Shown: positions 39,511-52,103 of the stretch, one piece after another
Position numbering within the stretch: the stretch's first letter is position 1
How the letters are laid out: every line of letters starts with the position of its first letter
NCBI GenBank assembly: GCA_965112155.1
Contig: OZ218098.1
Direction: 5' to 3' (one strand)
Length of the DNA: 64,000 bases
Source of the DNA: Podarcis liolepis
Taxonomy: Eukaryota
Translations under genes and position numbers: made by a program
The notes under the pieces: model-generated
What the model was told of the DNA's origin: nothing
Seen by the model: only the letters and a program-made list of their open reading frames with translations
The model's database searches: none

Positions 39511-41364
39511 GGTGAAGGCAGGAGACTTGTGAGGAAGGGAAGAGAGCCTCAATAGCTTAGTGACAGGGAGTTTTATTCCATTCTTCTATGGACATGTGAC
39601 TGGCCTTTTCCCTCCATTCCTGCTTCCAGCCCTTGAGGGAGGAAAGCCAGCCCCTGTTGAGATTTGTTTTCCTGCCAGTCCAGCCTAATGTCAGCTGCCT
39701 TCCTCTTTCGTAACAGAGCAGGAAGCAGAACCTTGAAGGGCTTTGTCTGTGTTGTTGACAGCCATCAGGGGGTCCCCAGGGTTCAACTCTAGCTCAGCCT
39801 AGCTTGATGAGCTGAATGTAGCTCTCAGTCCTTTTAATATAATCAGCAAATAGCCAAAATTCCTTCTACAATTAAATATATTCAATTACATGGCCAAACA
39901 CTAATTTAGATGGAGGGAGAAATTAAGCAGGCAACGGTCTCTTGTGAGAACAAAAAGGCCAGAAATGAGATGAGGAGTAATGGAATAAAAGTTTTATTTG
40001 ATAGAAGGGAGTGCAGGCAAGTTGCAACCCAGCTGAAGATGGGAAGAATCCTCTCATCACACTTCAGAAGGCAGAGCTTTCAGATAAACATTGAGCTCAT
40101 CAGGGACCTGGGTAATTGGATATGGAGAATCCTTCATCAAAGTTGTCAGTTCAAATCTAGTGCAGCTCAGTTATGATGGGGAGTTACTGAGATCTGAAGA
40201 TTGTTTGTCGGCCTTTGTGAGATGTATTAGGTGGTCGAGCTCCACTCCCCAAGGACAACTGTCTGTATAAGAAAAAACATCACTGTAATTAGTACAGATT
40301 CTCAGACTTCTCTTCCAAAGATGATTATATATGAAGTTTATATAATGTTTGAAGAAAAATTATTCTAGGCATTTACAAACAAGCAAATAGCTCCATATTA
40401 GAGATGAGGAATTCACAACAATCATAATTGGTGGTAAAACAGTTTCCATTTTAACTCTGATCTTTGGTCAGGTCTGTTCCATTCAGAATAAAAATGTCTG
40501 CATAGTTCACCTGTGAGGCTGTTGCCAAATAATTAATTCTGGGTATATTTGGCACATTTAACACCCTAAAATATCTGGTTGCTTAGTTTATATAGAAGCT
40601 GCTATACATTGATGTTGCTGGCAAATTTCCCACTGACTTCAGTGGTGCTGAGCAGCAGTTTCGATGTTTGACAATAACAGATTATACACCATAAAATAAT
40701 GAGTTTGTCATGATACTTAAAAAAATATAGATATCAATGGACAGATTATTTCCCTGTGGTTCCTCTTCTGTATGCATACTTTTTTTCAGACATTTTGGAG
40801 GAATATTACTTTAAACATACTTGTTATATATAAAAACCATGTTTAAACAGCAGAAACACAATTTAGCATAATTTTATGCTTTTTGACTTTTAAAAGACAT
40901 ACAAAATCATGACATACTAATATGCTACACGTGCATATTAAAGATTCTCTTTCTTTCAGGGGGACTTTTGTAGTATAATGTTGAGCACTCACCTGCTATA
41001 TCACTCTTTTCATAGCAGCACATATGTAGTCTTTATTCTTAAAAGATGGCAAATGCTGGCATCCTCCCCAACAGGAACCTGACAGTTTGTCAATTTTTCT
41101 GCAGGTTGTACACTCTTCTTCTTGGTGAGCCACAGAACACATCAACCTTGGTGCTTTGAAAGCAATACAAACATGTACAGAAAATCAATACAAACTGGTA
41201 CATATTGAAAATATTGGAATAAAGGTATTGTCATACATCTCATCCTTAGGTTTTTCTGTTCTCCCAGTGTATTATATAGGGAAATCCTACCACTGTCTTT
41301 GAATTTTACTTCAGAAATTATCAAAAAAAGGATAAAAAGCAGGTGGGAATGGGTCATCTACTGA

Positions 41365-41452
41365 CATCCCTATTGATGCTTACTTGGAAGTAAGTCCCAG
41401 AATGTTCAGTGGGACTTACGCTGCAGCAAGTGCATTTAGGATTGCAGCCTAA
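41365..41452. mobile_element. Short palindromic MITE (best-preserved copy of a family also at about 43130, 45285, 47007, 57225, 57478)
   Basis: Hairpin GTAAGTCCCA...TGGGACTTAC and a TAGGATTGCAGCC-TAA end. Superfamily uncertain; TAA flank suggests PIF/Harbinger. Confidence 0.6.
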
Positions 41453-41661
41453 GTGTGCATCTAGATACTTGTAACTTGAGTTGTGAGTCCGCTGTGGATG
41501 AGTATTCATCAGTTTTTGTTCACCTTTTCCTTAAGGGAAATCCATCCTGTTTGTAGCTGAACCTGGCTGTGCTGTGTTGGCTAGCTGCTTACAACATCAT
41601 GAGGCCACTTATTCCCCTTTTAAATTTTTCAGCTTTTTTAAAAAAGAGTTGCTTTACAAAA

Positions 41662-41933
41662 AATCCCCGCTCCTGTTGCTCGGACCCTGCTCCTGCCAAC
41701 ATAGCAGTTTGAAAGCACATCAAAGTGCAAGTAGATAAACAGGTACCGCTCCGGCGGGAAGGTAAATGGTGTTTCCGTGCATTGCTCTGGTTCGCCAGAA
41801 GTGGCTTAGTCATGCTGGCCACATGACCTGGAAGCTGTACACCGGCTCCCTCAGCCAATAAAGCGAGATGAGCGCCGCAACCCCAGAGTCGTCCGCAACT
41901 AGATCTAATGTTCAGGGGTCACTTTGCCTTTAC
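41662..41933 (+). mobile_element. Sauria SINE, 5'-truncated, deletion subfamily
   Basis: Body matches the other three copies and ends CAGGGGTCACTTTGCCTTTAC. Confidence 0.9.
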
Positions 41934-42599
41934 GTCTGTCCATAGCATCCCAACATAAAAAGAAAGCAGACACACCCCAATGGGAAATTTGTACTATGAC
42001 GCCAGTTTTTAAATATGTCTGTAGGTATCCTAATGCTCTCCATAAACCCTTAACCAGACTGTTTTAGATTTGTGGAGAGACCACTCAGATTTAATAAAGA
42101 AAAGTTTCTAAGTCATGTGCCTGTGGTTTATATATTAGGCTCAGCAATCATAAAGCTAATATAATAACTATCAAACAGTATTGAAAGTACTATCACTGCA
42201 GTGGTGTAGGGGAAAATAATCTCTTGAAGATAGTATTGGCTTTGGCCCCATAGCCTTAGCCCTCAGACTTATCCATGTATAGCCACAGATATAAATACAG
42301 TGAGTACTTCTGGGCATATATACAGAATACCTTACCTTTCCTGTCTCCACACACTTAGAATGAAGGAATCCTGTAGATGTGCATTCTTCAGTTCAGGTTG
42401 GGATCCTAGCATACCTTTAAAGGCCGCTTGCCCTCATTTCCACAGACAATATTTTGAGAACACAGTGTTGGAGGAAGACATGTCATTATTGCAGGAAGTT
42501 TATGAACAGAACCATCTTGGCTCATTTCCACCAGTGTCAATTATTCAAAGATAATTAAGATGTTAAGGATTTAGCTCTTGGTTTAAAGGTATTTTTGAG

Positions 42600-42810
42600 T
42601 GGGCATGAAAGTTTATTAAAATGACATTATCTGCTCGTATTCTAGGTCAATTACATTTTTTTTAAAAAATTCTATATACCATGATTGGATCCCTTTCGGA
42701 ACTTGAAATATGGGTATCCCCAACAAAAAAAATAAAATTCGGCTTTGTAATTTGGAATTTATGTGATTTGATCTGATTGGTCTGTTAATAAAAATTATTT
42801 TTTAAAAAAA
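42600..42810 (+). mobile_element. Possible L1-like 3' end
   Basis: GATTGGATCCCTTTC (D-W-I-P-F, like the L1 ORF2 terminal WxPF motif), then an AT-rich UTR, AATAAA and an A-rich tail. Highly decayed. Confidence 0.3.
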
Positions 42811-43079
42811 TCCATATACCATTGTGCAACACCTCAAATTATATTTTACTATTTTAGAAAGTACTAATCAATATCCAGTTAATTGTATACAGTAGTTTAT
42901 TTATTTCTTTTGGGATCTTTCGATTTACAATTGCCATGTAAACCCCGAAATCTCAAAAGGCGCTAGTCCCTAATAAAGACAATACGATTATAAACAATTA
43001 ATATCCCTCCTAGTTTCAAATCCAGGTGTACCGTTTTTGTTTCAACTTCCCAAAATCATGGTTTGGATTATACAAATTC

Positions 43080-43960
43080 TCGGGCGGGGTTTTTTTTTTA
43101 AAAGGTATACGGCAATTTAATTAGCCAGCGGCACCACTTACTTGGGAGCAAGCCCCGCTGAATGCAATAGGACTTTACCTCTGAGCAGTATTGCGCCGTT
43201 CCACCATTATTCCCATAGGCAGATTCAGACCACACCCGCGACTGCGTAGACCAATGGCTGCTCCCGCAGCCATATATCCCCACAAAGCAATGGCGGCTTA
43301 AGCTACGCCTTCCCCTCCTTACGGCCGCAGAGCAATGGCGACTTTTACGCGGCGTCATGTGACGTCGCATTCTACAAGCGAGCGCTGTTGAGTGTGACGT
43401 GTCAAGACGCCCAAGAACGCTATGCGCGAGGCTGTGGAGCCGCGGTCCGGCTACGGATGCTGCCGGGTCGATTAAGCAAGGTAATTCCGATTCCCTCTCC
43501 GCGCGCTCGCTGCAGCCCCGAGTGGTTGCCTAGCAACTGAGCCAGCTTGCCCGTAGGAGCGCGGGCCCTGTCTTTGTGGGCCTGGGCGAAGGTGCGCCCT
43601 TCCTGTGGAGGAGGGAGCAGGCATAGGGCTCCCTCCCCAGGGACGTCCCCACAGCTGCGCCCTTTGGCACGGTCCTCGAGACCTGGGAGGGGACGTCTGC
43701 AGCCTCCAGTTGCTGCTGCTTCGTCTTCCCTTGTGGCGTTTCTGTGCCTCAAGAGCCCCTTGACCAGGTGGAAGTTCACCAGGGGAAGTTTTCTCTCTAG
43801 GGGTGGGAGGGAAACGCTGCAGCTGTTGGATGTTTTGCCCGCCATGCAGCAATTCAAGGCACTGTAACTGTGCCAGAGGACAAGGCGGGGGGGGGGGTGA
43901 CTCTGCCCTTAAATACCTGAGCTAATGTAGCTGGGTGTGCGTTTGCGATTCGCATATTCC
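43080..43960 (+). promoter_or_regulatory. SEC22A: CpG island / promoter of SEC22A
   Basis: The only extended GC- and CpG-dense non-repeat stretch in an otherwise CpG-depleted window. Contains CCAAT (43251), two AGCAATGGCG YY1-like motifs (43286, 43331), GTCATGTGAC (43354) and TGACGT cores (43360, 43395). Lies 8.6 kb upstream of the SEC22A start codon. Confidence 0.85.
43400..43480 (+). other. SEC22A: Probable non-coding exon 1 of SEC22A (start approximate)
   Basis: Good splice donor AAG|GTAATT at 43480/43481 inside the CpG island. The first coding exon has an acceptor 22 nt before its ATG, so an upstream exon is required. TSS not determinable. Confidence 0.6.
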
Positions 43961-44340
43961 CCTCTAGGGTTTTGGCAAAAGGCGTATTGGGGAGGATTTG
44001 GAGAAGGAAGTGCTCTTGCATAATGAGGGATATATATTTAGGATTTTAGGCCTACCACTAAAAACTGCATTTCTGAGTGCAAGGCCTCTTGGTAGTTGTA
44101 GAAAAGAAGGGTGCCCTTTAGTTTTCCTCCCTTGCCCTTCCATGCAGGGTGCTACTAGTGGGGGATTTAATGAGACTATTTGTTTGTTGCTTTATGATTT
44201 ATTGAAATAAAAGGGGGTGAGGGAATCCTTCCCTCAGCCTTCCCTAATACAATACTGGGGAGGAAATGCTGTGACGTTTTAGGGCAATTGTTGTCGGTAT
44301 GGCTGTGGAAAGTTATTAAGTGGTTAGTAAAGGTATAGTA

Positions 44341-44678
44341 AAGGTAAAGGGACCCCTGACCATTAGGTCCAGTTGTGACCGACTCTGGGGTTGTGGCGCT
44401 CATCTCACTTTATTGGCAGAGGGAGACAGCGTACAGCTTCCGGATCATGTGGCCAGCATGACTAAGCCACTTCTAGCGAACCAAAGCAGCGCACGGAAAC
44501 ACCGTTTACCTTCCCGCCGGAGCGGTACCTATTTATCTACTTGCACTTTGATGTGCTTTCAAACTGCTAGGTTGGCAGGAGCAGGGTCCGAGCAACAGGA
44601 GCGGGGATTCGAACTGCCGACCTTTTGATTGGCAAGCCCTAGGCTCTGTGGTTTAGACCACAGCGCCACCCGTGTCCC
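44341..44678 (-). mobile_element. Full-length Sauria SINE with 12-bp TSD
   Basis: Reverse strand begins GGGACACGGGTGGCGCTGTGG and ends in an (ACCTTT)n tail. TSD AAAGGTATAGTA at 44329-44340 and 44679-44690. Confidence 0.95.
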
Positions 44679-44687
44679 AAAGGTATA

Positions 44688-44860
44688 GTAGAATCATAGA
44701 ATTATAGAACTGCAGAGGTAGATGGTATCCCAAGGGTCATTTAGTCCAACCCCCTGCAATGCAGGAATCACAGCTAAAGAATCCCTAATGGATGGCCATC
44801 CAGCCTCTGTTGAAAAACCTGAAATGAAGGAGAGTCCACCACATCCTGAGGGAGTACATG
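44688..44860 (-). mobile_element. CR1 LINE 3' end
   Basis: (CATAGAAT)-type 8-bp terminal repeats, then GGTCATTTAGTCCAACCCCCTGCAATGCAGGAATC...CCATCCAGCCTCTG. Confidence 0.8.
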
Positions 44861-45714
44861 CCAGGAAGGTCTTCCTTACCACTGTGGGTTAGGCCTCAGC
44901 TGCTTGAGCATGTTTTTATTGCTTAATGAATGTAATAATACTGTGGTAATTACTGATTTGGCCATATGTTACTCTGAGCTGTGTATCCCCAAGGTTACAT
45001 TAATGCAACTCTCTTCATATGGTAACATTATTCCATAGTGTAAACTCAAAAAGCTACAAGTGTATGGAAGTTGTTCCATCAAGGATAGATCACACTATTG
45101 CTTACAAGATCTTGCAAATAAATGGTACCGCAGTGTAAAAATGGTGTTAAAGTGAAATAATTTTTCCTCCTTCAGTGGTTTACATGAGATTCATTGTTAT
45201 CTTATCCTAGAATAACCTTTTCATTTGACCCTTCTGAAATATTTATTGACTGTCAGTGGGATTTCTAAATGTAGTTTGATTTTAAGTGCAATCCTATGTA
45301 TATGTACTTAGAAGGAAGTCCCAAAGAATGAGTTGGTTAGTTTATTTAAAGCTATTTATATATTGGTCTTCAGCTAAGTAAAACCAGAGCGGTTCACAAA
45401 ATACAATAGGATAAAATACATATTAAAACCATTATAAAATTATACCCACTGCAGCCAGCAATAAATACAATTTCAAGCTGGGTCTGATTTATGGAATATA
45501 GGGTTCTTTAATTGTTATGTATTGTTACTTTTCCTTATTTTATGCTCTGCTTTATGTTTATGCTCTTAAAATTTTGCAAGTTGCTTAGGAAGTCCTTACA
45601 TAGCAAGCAGTTATTAAAATGAAATAATAATAATAATAGTCAGCAAAGGTTGAGATAAAGAGCTAAGTCTGAAGCAGGTGTTGAAATCCAACACAATCTG
45701 TACCAAGCATATTT

Positions 45715-45900
45715 CAGGGCAGAGGGAGTTCTGTGGAACGGATACAGCCACAAGAAAGGCCCTTGCTTAGGTTGCTGCATTCTGTGCCACAGCCAGTGGT
45801 GACACCATTAGGAGAGCCTCCTTTGATGATCTTAACAAACAAGTAGGTCCATATGGAAGCAAATGCTCCTTCAGATATCCAGGCTCCAACTTGTATTGGC
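45715..45900 (-). mobile_element. Old L2-type fragment, with further LINE tails at about 45340-45640
   Basis: GGGAGTTCTG...GCCACAAGAAAGGCCC...GATGATCTTAA is the reverse of the RAF...WNSLP region. Confidence 0.5.
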
Positions 45901-45978
45901 AATACAATGACTGACTTCTAGGTGGGACTTGCTCATAGGTAAGTGTGCATATGATCTTAGCTTTGGTGTTGCTCATAG

Positions 45979-46103
45979 ATAGGGAACCTATAGCCCTCCA
46001 TACCCTGTTGGATACCAGCTCCCATGAGCCTCAGCCAGTCAGGGACAACTGTAGTTATAGTCCAGCAACATCTGGATAGTAAGTTACAGGTTTCCTATCC
46101 TTG
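45979..46103. mobile_element. Degraded copy of the 3820-type MITE
   Basis: ATAGGGAACCTATAGCCCTCCA...CTCCCATGAGCC...CCAGCAACATCTGGA...GGTTTCCTATCC. Confidence 0.6.
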
Positions 46104-49100
46104 CCTTAAATTATGGGACTGTCTTCCACCTTTCAAGATACGGGTATTGAGACTGGAAACGTGAGCATAGCCTAGTGAAAATATGGTTCAGAGCTATGGC
46201 AGCTGCATTTGTGGTTATAGCTTCAAAGCATTGGAGATTCAGCTGGGACCTTGGAGTCAACCCTTAGTTGAGGCAAACAGGCAAGTGTCTGATTACAAGC
46301 CTATTTTATTGTAAATAATGAAAAATAAAGTAACAGTCCGTTGTTAATGCAAGCCCCTTTTAGGTTGCTGAAAGGACTGCCAGTCAACAGAATTGAACAC
46401 ATTATTAAATAACAGATTTCAGCCATTATACTTGCCTATGTGGGCTTATGAAGAACAACATAATAAAATGTTAGCCAGACAACTGTAATATCTGCCAGTA
46501 TTGGCACATGATTTACTGCCTTCTGTGTATCACTATGTACCATAATACAGGCTGTCTATCTACAGTATTATTTTAAAAGCAATTGTCATGCATCCCATTA
46601 CTTTATTATGTTTATGAGAAAGCCAAAAGTTTTTAAAAGGATGTATTCATACCCATCTCAAATTTAAATAGGAAAAAAATCATTAAAACATAAACATAAG
46701 GACACTAAAGGAGAAACCTTATAATAAGGAAAATGATTTTGCTTAATAATACTTCGTTCAGCATTCCAGCAGTTTCTAAGCCATTTCCATTCTTCTCCAA
46801 ACACATCAATTTTGTTTCTCTTCTCTAACACAAAAATATATTATGTAATTTTATTCATGATTTCTTTGCCCCATAATTTTCTATACCATTCTTTCAGAGA
46901 TCAAAAAGAAATTGTCTCCTTAGTTTTCCAGTACAGTATGTTGCAAATAAAAGTATAGCTGTAACAGTGCCCTTTTCTTTCAGGAATAGTTGTTTCAGAA
47001 AACCTTTAGGCATAATCCTAAACCAACTCACTAGGGAGTAGGCCCCCACTGAACACAATGTGTTATTAAACTTAATTTTTGGTTTGGAGAAATATGAGTT
47101 TAAGTATATTGTTTGTTCTTACACACATGTCCCCCAACAGTCTGCAAAACTCACCTTTCTTTCATCTTGCTTTGAACTTATTTCGCTACCATTAGAGTGT
47201 TAGACGACACTGTGATAGTAATTTATTGAAATTGTCTGAGTACTAAATATTTTCACCCAAATATATTTCTGTAAGATTACTGACAGCTTAACTTTTAGGG
47301 TCTCCCATCACTCATTTATATATATATTTCCGGACCCTCTTCTGTCCCGATATGTAAGCCACCCTTACTCTGAACCAACTTGCAATGCTTCTTCAATACT
47401 TTGCTGTGCATGTTTCATTTTCTGAGGGGCAAACTAGATATGGCAGTCTTTGCCTTTAACATACAGATTTTTAAAAAATGCTATTAGCAGCTGTATGGAT
47501 GGCTGGTAAATATTCGGATGGAGGAGATGTGGAGGGAGACTTTACCATTTTCTGCCTTGCAGTTACAATGGAAATAATTTCATGAAAACCTGTAAAGTTC
47601 CCATCAGCACTTTGGGAGCTTTCCCTTAATGCAGAGAGCACATCTGGAGAATGCTCCACATCTGCTGTGATCCCAGTGATTTTCAGTTCCCTCCCAAGTG
47701 GATAGTTAGTGCATTTTAAGAGGAGTTTAAGTCAGACACACATTTAACATTGCATAGTTTATCCCTGAGCAGAGGCCAATTTAGAGGTGTAATTTGGAGG
47801 TGTAATGCCAAGGAAACTGACCAAGTGATTGAGGAGTGGTGCTCCAAAGCAAATATGGAGTGCTGCAGCCTGCGAAGATGTCCTCACTCTCTTCACTCTC
47901 TTGAGTGGAGCTGTCTTCCCCACAGAAAAAAACAGGGGTGATTATACTCATAGAAGCTCTACTTGTGAGTAGCAGTGCATATGGTAGTCTGTCTCAGAGG
48001 GAGCTTTTTAAACTGTTGCTATTATTTCACACACTGGCAAATCCAAGTTATGCAATTCAAGTTGATAAGGACTCTTGCATGACAAACCCACTCTTTCCTC
48101 CAAATCAGACATTTCACAATAAGGAAAGTGATTGGATGCACCAGAAAGTAGGGAATGATGATTGCTTGATGTCATGTAACTTCCCCGTATATTAATAAAA
48201 ATGAATGCTCGGTAAGTAGTCAACATCTTCTAACCTCCCCACAATCTTTGTGCATATTAATAAGGATAAATGCTCAATAAACAGTTCATCTGGAAGCAAC
48301 CAGAGTATTTCTAAAAGTGCAAGATGTAAGGATGGAGATAACAGGATAATAGCATTCTCAAATGATATACATAATAGAGGAGCAGCTCACAGGCGAATTT
48401 AATCCACAAGCACATTTTATATCATGCAATGAGGTATGAACACGGTTTCACTTAGAACCCCTTTGACTAATGATATGAGATAGGGCTGTAGCTAAATACA
48501 GCTTTGTGCTACTATCATCTGGTAATGCATGGAAAACAGCTTGCCGGTTTTAGGGAGGCTTATCTTTTGGAAGAGTGACTAATTTGCCTTTGCATAAATA
48601 GGAGTTCAAAGGAAATGAATGCTGTTTATCCAGGATTTAGGGAAGATTTTGTAAAATAGATATAGTCCTGTGAAGCTCTAACCTCCTCCAGTCCCCTAGT
48701 ATTTGGGATTTTGTTTTGTATCTCTGGTCCTAAAATACAAAAACCTACTGAGAGAAAAGGAGATTCTGTACTAGCTTTATATGTTGCAGAATTGTTTCAA
48801 AATAACAGAAATTGCATTAAATAATAAGGTCACCAGAATTATACTTTGTTTTCTCATGTAAGATTAATTTTGGTTTATGGAAATTTGGATAAGGATAGGA
48901 GGAAAAATCTCTTTCTAGGTAGAATAGTATTAAGACTGAACTCATGGACTTTTTTACTGTAGGAAATTTGTTTATACAGTATGCAATCTTGTAAGTGAAC
49001 TGTTGGAACACATGTTGCATCTGTGAATTATAGGCCATTTAAACTGACAGATGTGCAGTTAAACTATTTTAGCCTCATGAACAAAACTAGTCTAGTTCTA

Positions 49101-49281
49101 GTGTCTTACAGAACACACCATTACATTGCCTTTTAAAAATTGTTTTTATTAAAGGATTTTCATGGTTAACAAGGGTACATACAACCTCTCTGTTTTCAGA
49201 GGTATGTGCCTGTAGTAGTGCAGCCTCTCCAGCATTTAGGTGAGGTTCCTGGGTGTATCAGTGCCAGCTTCTGAGGTGTTA

Positions 49282-49601
49282 AAGGTAAAGGGACCCCTGA
49301 CCATTAGGTCCAGTCGCGGACGACTCTGGGGTTGAAGTGCTCATCTCGCTTTATTGGCCGAGGGAGCCAGCATACAGCTTCCAGGTCATGTGGGCAGCAT
49401 GACTAAGCCGCTTCTGGCGAACGCCGTTTACCTTCCCGCCGAAGCGGTACCTATTTATCTACTTGTGCTTTCGAACTGCTAGGTGGGCAGGAGCTGGGAC
49501 CGAGCAACGGGAGCTCACCCTGTCGCGGGGATTCGAACCGTCGACCCTCTGATCAGCAAGCCCTAGGCTCTGTGGTTTAACCCACAGCGCCACTTGCATC
49601 C
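49282..49601 (-). mobile_element. Near full-length Sauria SINE
   Basis: Head and (ACCTTT) tail both present. TSD tgaggtgtta/tgagttgtta. Small internal deletions relative to the 44341 copy. Confidence 0.93.
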
Positions 49602-52103
49602 TGAGTTGTTAGGTACCATCTATAAATTAGTTTCAAAGTCAGTTCTCTTCTTTTGGTTGAGATGGACTTAAAGGGTGGTTTAGACCATAGTTTAAACAGA
49701 GTTTTGAACACAATTTTGTAGGGTCTTGAGTAGTAGTTTGTATATTGTGGATTCCATTCCCTTTCTGTGTCCCTCTGTTGTTAGAAGTTTATCGAAGGTG
49801 TTCAGAGTCCTTTGACTCCTGGGTTATTTAAGAAGGTGTGCAGTTGGTGTTGGGTCAGCCAGGGTATACAAACTAGGGGACACTTAGTTTCCCCTAGTTT
49901 GTCTTTTATTTTTTGTGTTAGTATGGATTTGTCATTTTTGTAGATGTCTGTTAGGCTGTGTAAACTTTTGACTTGCCATGTTTTTGTTTGTAAGCTGTGG
50001 ACTGCATGGTGGAATATTGGGTGGTGGCCAGGGGGATTAATGGGGTTGGGGGCACTTTACCTGCTTTCTCCTTCCATACTTTAAGCATGGATTGTGTGAA
50101 CCTGTTTAGTGTTGTATTTTCTTTAGTTTGTTTTCGAGGAACGGCTACATTGGTACTTCCAGTTGCATCTGTCTCCATGCGCAACCATTGTTTTCTTTTA
50201 AAAAGCTGACAAAAATAGCTTTGTGTTAAACACTTTGGCTGGCGCATTCATAATGCTTCTTAATCATTCATAATGGTTAAGAATTCATGCATGCCCCACA
50301 GGTTCAGACACAACTTTCTCCTCTTGGATGTGAATTTTCCTCTCCCTTTCATTTTCAAAGCTAACCCATGTTACATCTGTACTGTATCAAACTGCAATTT
50401 GCAAATATGTTTCTAACCATGGTTGCAAACTGGCTTGGCATTAACCATTGTTAAAAGTGGTTTCGTGAGCTGTGGTTTGAGCTAAACGTGGCTTTGTTCC
50501 ATTAATGGCATTTAAAAGTAACTTGCTACTATTCATTCTTAGGGCCGTACCGCTATGCATAAGAAATTGGGCAGGCAGACCATGGTATTCAGTGAATAAG
50601 TGACATATTTGCATCTGATCTACAATTTTGGGCTGGCTTGGCAGCTATGTCAAAAAATTTAGTTGCCCACTCTCTGCCTATCATTCTCCTGCCACCTTCT
50701 TTCCAGCTGACATCCCTCTTCCACCCACTGGCCTTTCCCAAGGGAAAAGATAAATGTACATGCGGTTGAGTGTACTCGAGTGCTGCTGCTTTAATGTACT
50801 TGCAGCATCTTCAGGGAACAGCATGCAACCCTGGAGCTGGGAAGCAGTACAGATGACAATTCACAAACTGTGATAATCCTTGCCCAGCTCTCCAGGTTGA
50901 CCGACTTTAGGGTGGTGCCCAAGTGGAATTGTGGGAGTCTGTAGATACCAAAAGCATTCTGTTTGGTAAGTTTCAAAATGCTCTCCTAGTTTTATGAGTA
51001 CTTTAAAGAGAAACTTGAGTGTTTCTTAATTACAGTTTGGGATATTTTACAAAAAGACTGCCTAGTAGGCATTTTAAATGCCTGCTATGAGTTATTACTA
51101 GAGATACCTTCTGCATTATGAATGTTTTAATAAGCTCTTCCTGTTTTCCACATATTATGAAGTATCATATATCTCACAGCTAGGAATAATATCCAGCTAG
51201 GAGCAAATCCCGTATGCTAAGAGCAAACTCATTCTCCAACTTATGTAGCCCCCAAAAGCAAAAGAGGAAGCTATTGGCAGGCTCTGTGTTTAAAGGAGGG
51301 AGGCTAAGTCATCTCAGTGTACCATGCAATGCTGGTTGACTGCTGGAGGTGGGGAATGGAAACTAGTGTGGAGGGGAAATTGAAAGGACTGTTCTGGAAT
51401 AGGCCATGATTGATTGGCTGGCTAGAACTCTGAGCAAGAGCACTCCACACTGCAATATTTGTTGCAGGAGTTATAAATGAATGCAAGCAGGATGACAGCC
51501 AAAGCAAGGACACTGTGAAACAGGAGGGGAGGCACCAGCATGTTCAGGAGAACCCCAAAGTTAACAAAAAAATATTAGGGACTATTCGGTCTCCACAAAA
51601 CAGTTCAGTTAAGGCTGAGTATGCTTAGTGGTCACTCATTGAGTGCATGAATGGAAAAGTGGGTGAAACAGAATAGAGCAGCCTGGATGAGGCTATGGCT
51701 GCCTGGAATATTGTACAGAAACACTTTACAACATTTTGTTGCAGGGCCCATTTATATATATTTCAGTGGTGATTCAGTTTTGTGGTTGGAACAATTTGTG
51801 ACTGCTCTTCTTCCCCCAGTTGTGGTGACAGAATTACTTTTGTGATGGTTTGCTAAATGCCATATGAATATAAGAAACAGAATTAGGTGCATAGGAAGTC
51901 AGATCTAACTAGCTCACTTTTGTGTACAGTACACTGTCTGGTTGTGGCACTCCAGAGTTTCAGATGGGATATTCTCAGGGGTTGAACCAGGGATTTTACT
52001 AGAACCCCGAGATGCACTTACTGGAAATGTAGTGAATGAAAGCAAAGGTAAATCAAACTCTATATGTATGTTCTGTTTCAGATTTTCCTTGTGCCTGCTG
52101 GCA

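Noticed and set aside
43098-43867. Several 90-145 aa ORFs on both strands
   Set aside because: Expected from the scarcity of stops in a GC-rich CpG island. Arg/Gly/Pro-rich with no recognisable domain.
44320-44628. Paralogous small ORFs at 44320-44628 and 41589-41858 that look like a gene family
   Set aside because: Both are antisense translations of Sauria SINE copies.
51942-52103. N-terminal extension of SEC22A suggested by the ORF track
   Set aside because: It starts at a non-ATG codon in intron sequence. The acceptor at 52081 and the conserved MSMILS start place the true start at 52104.
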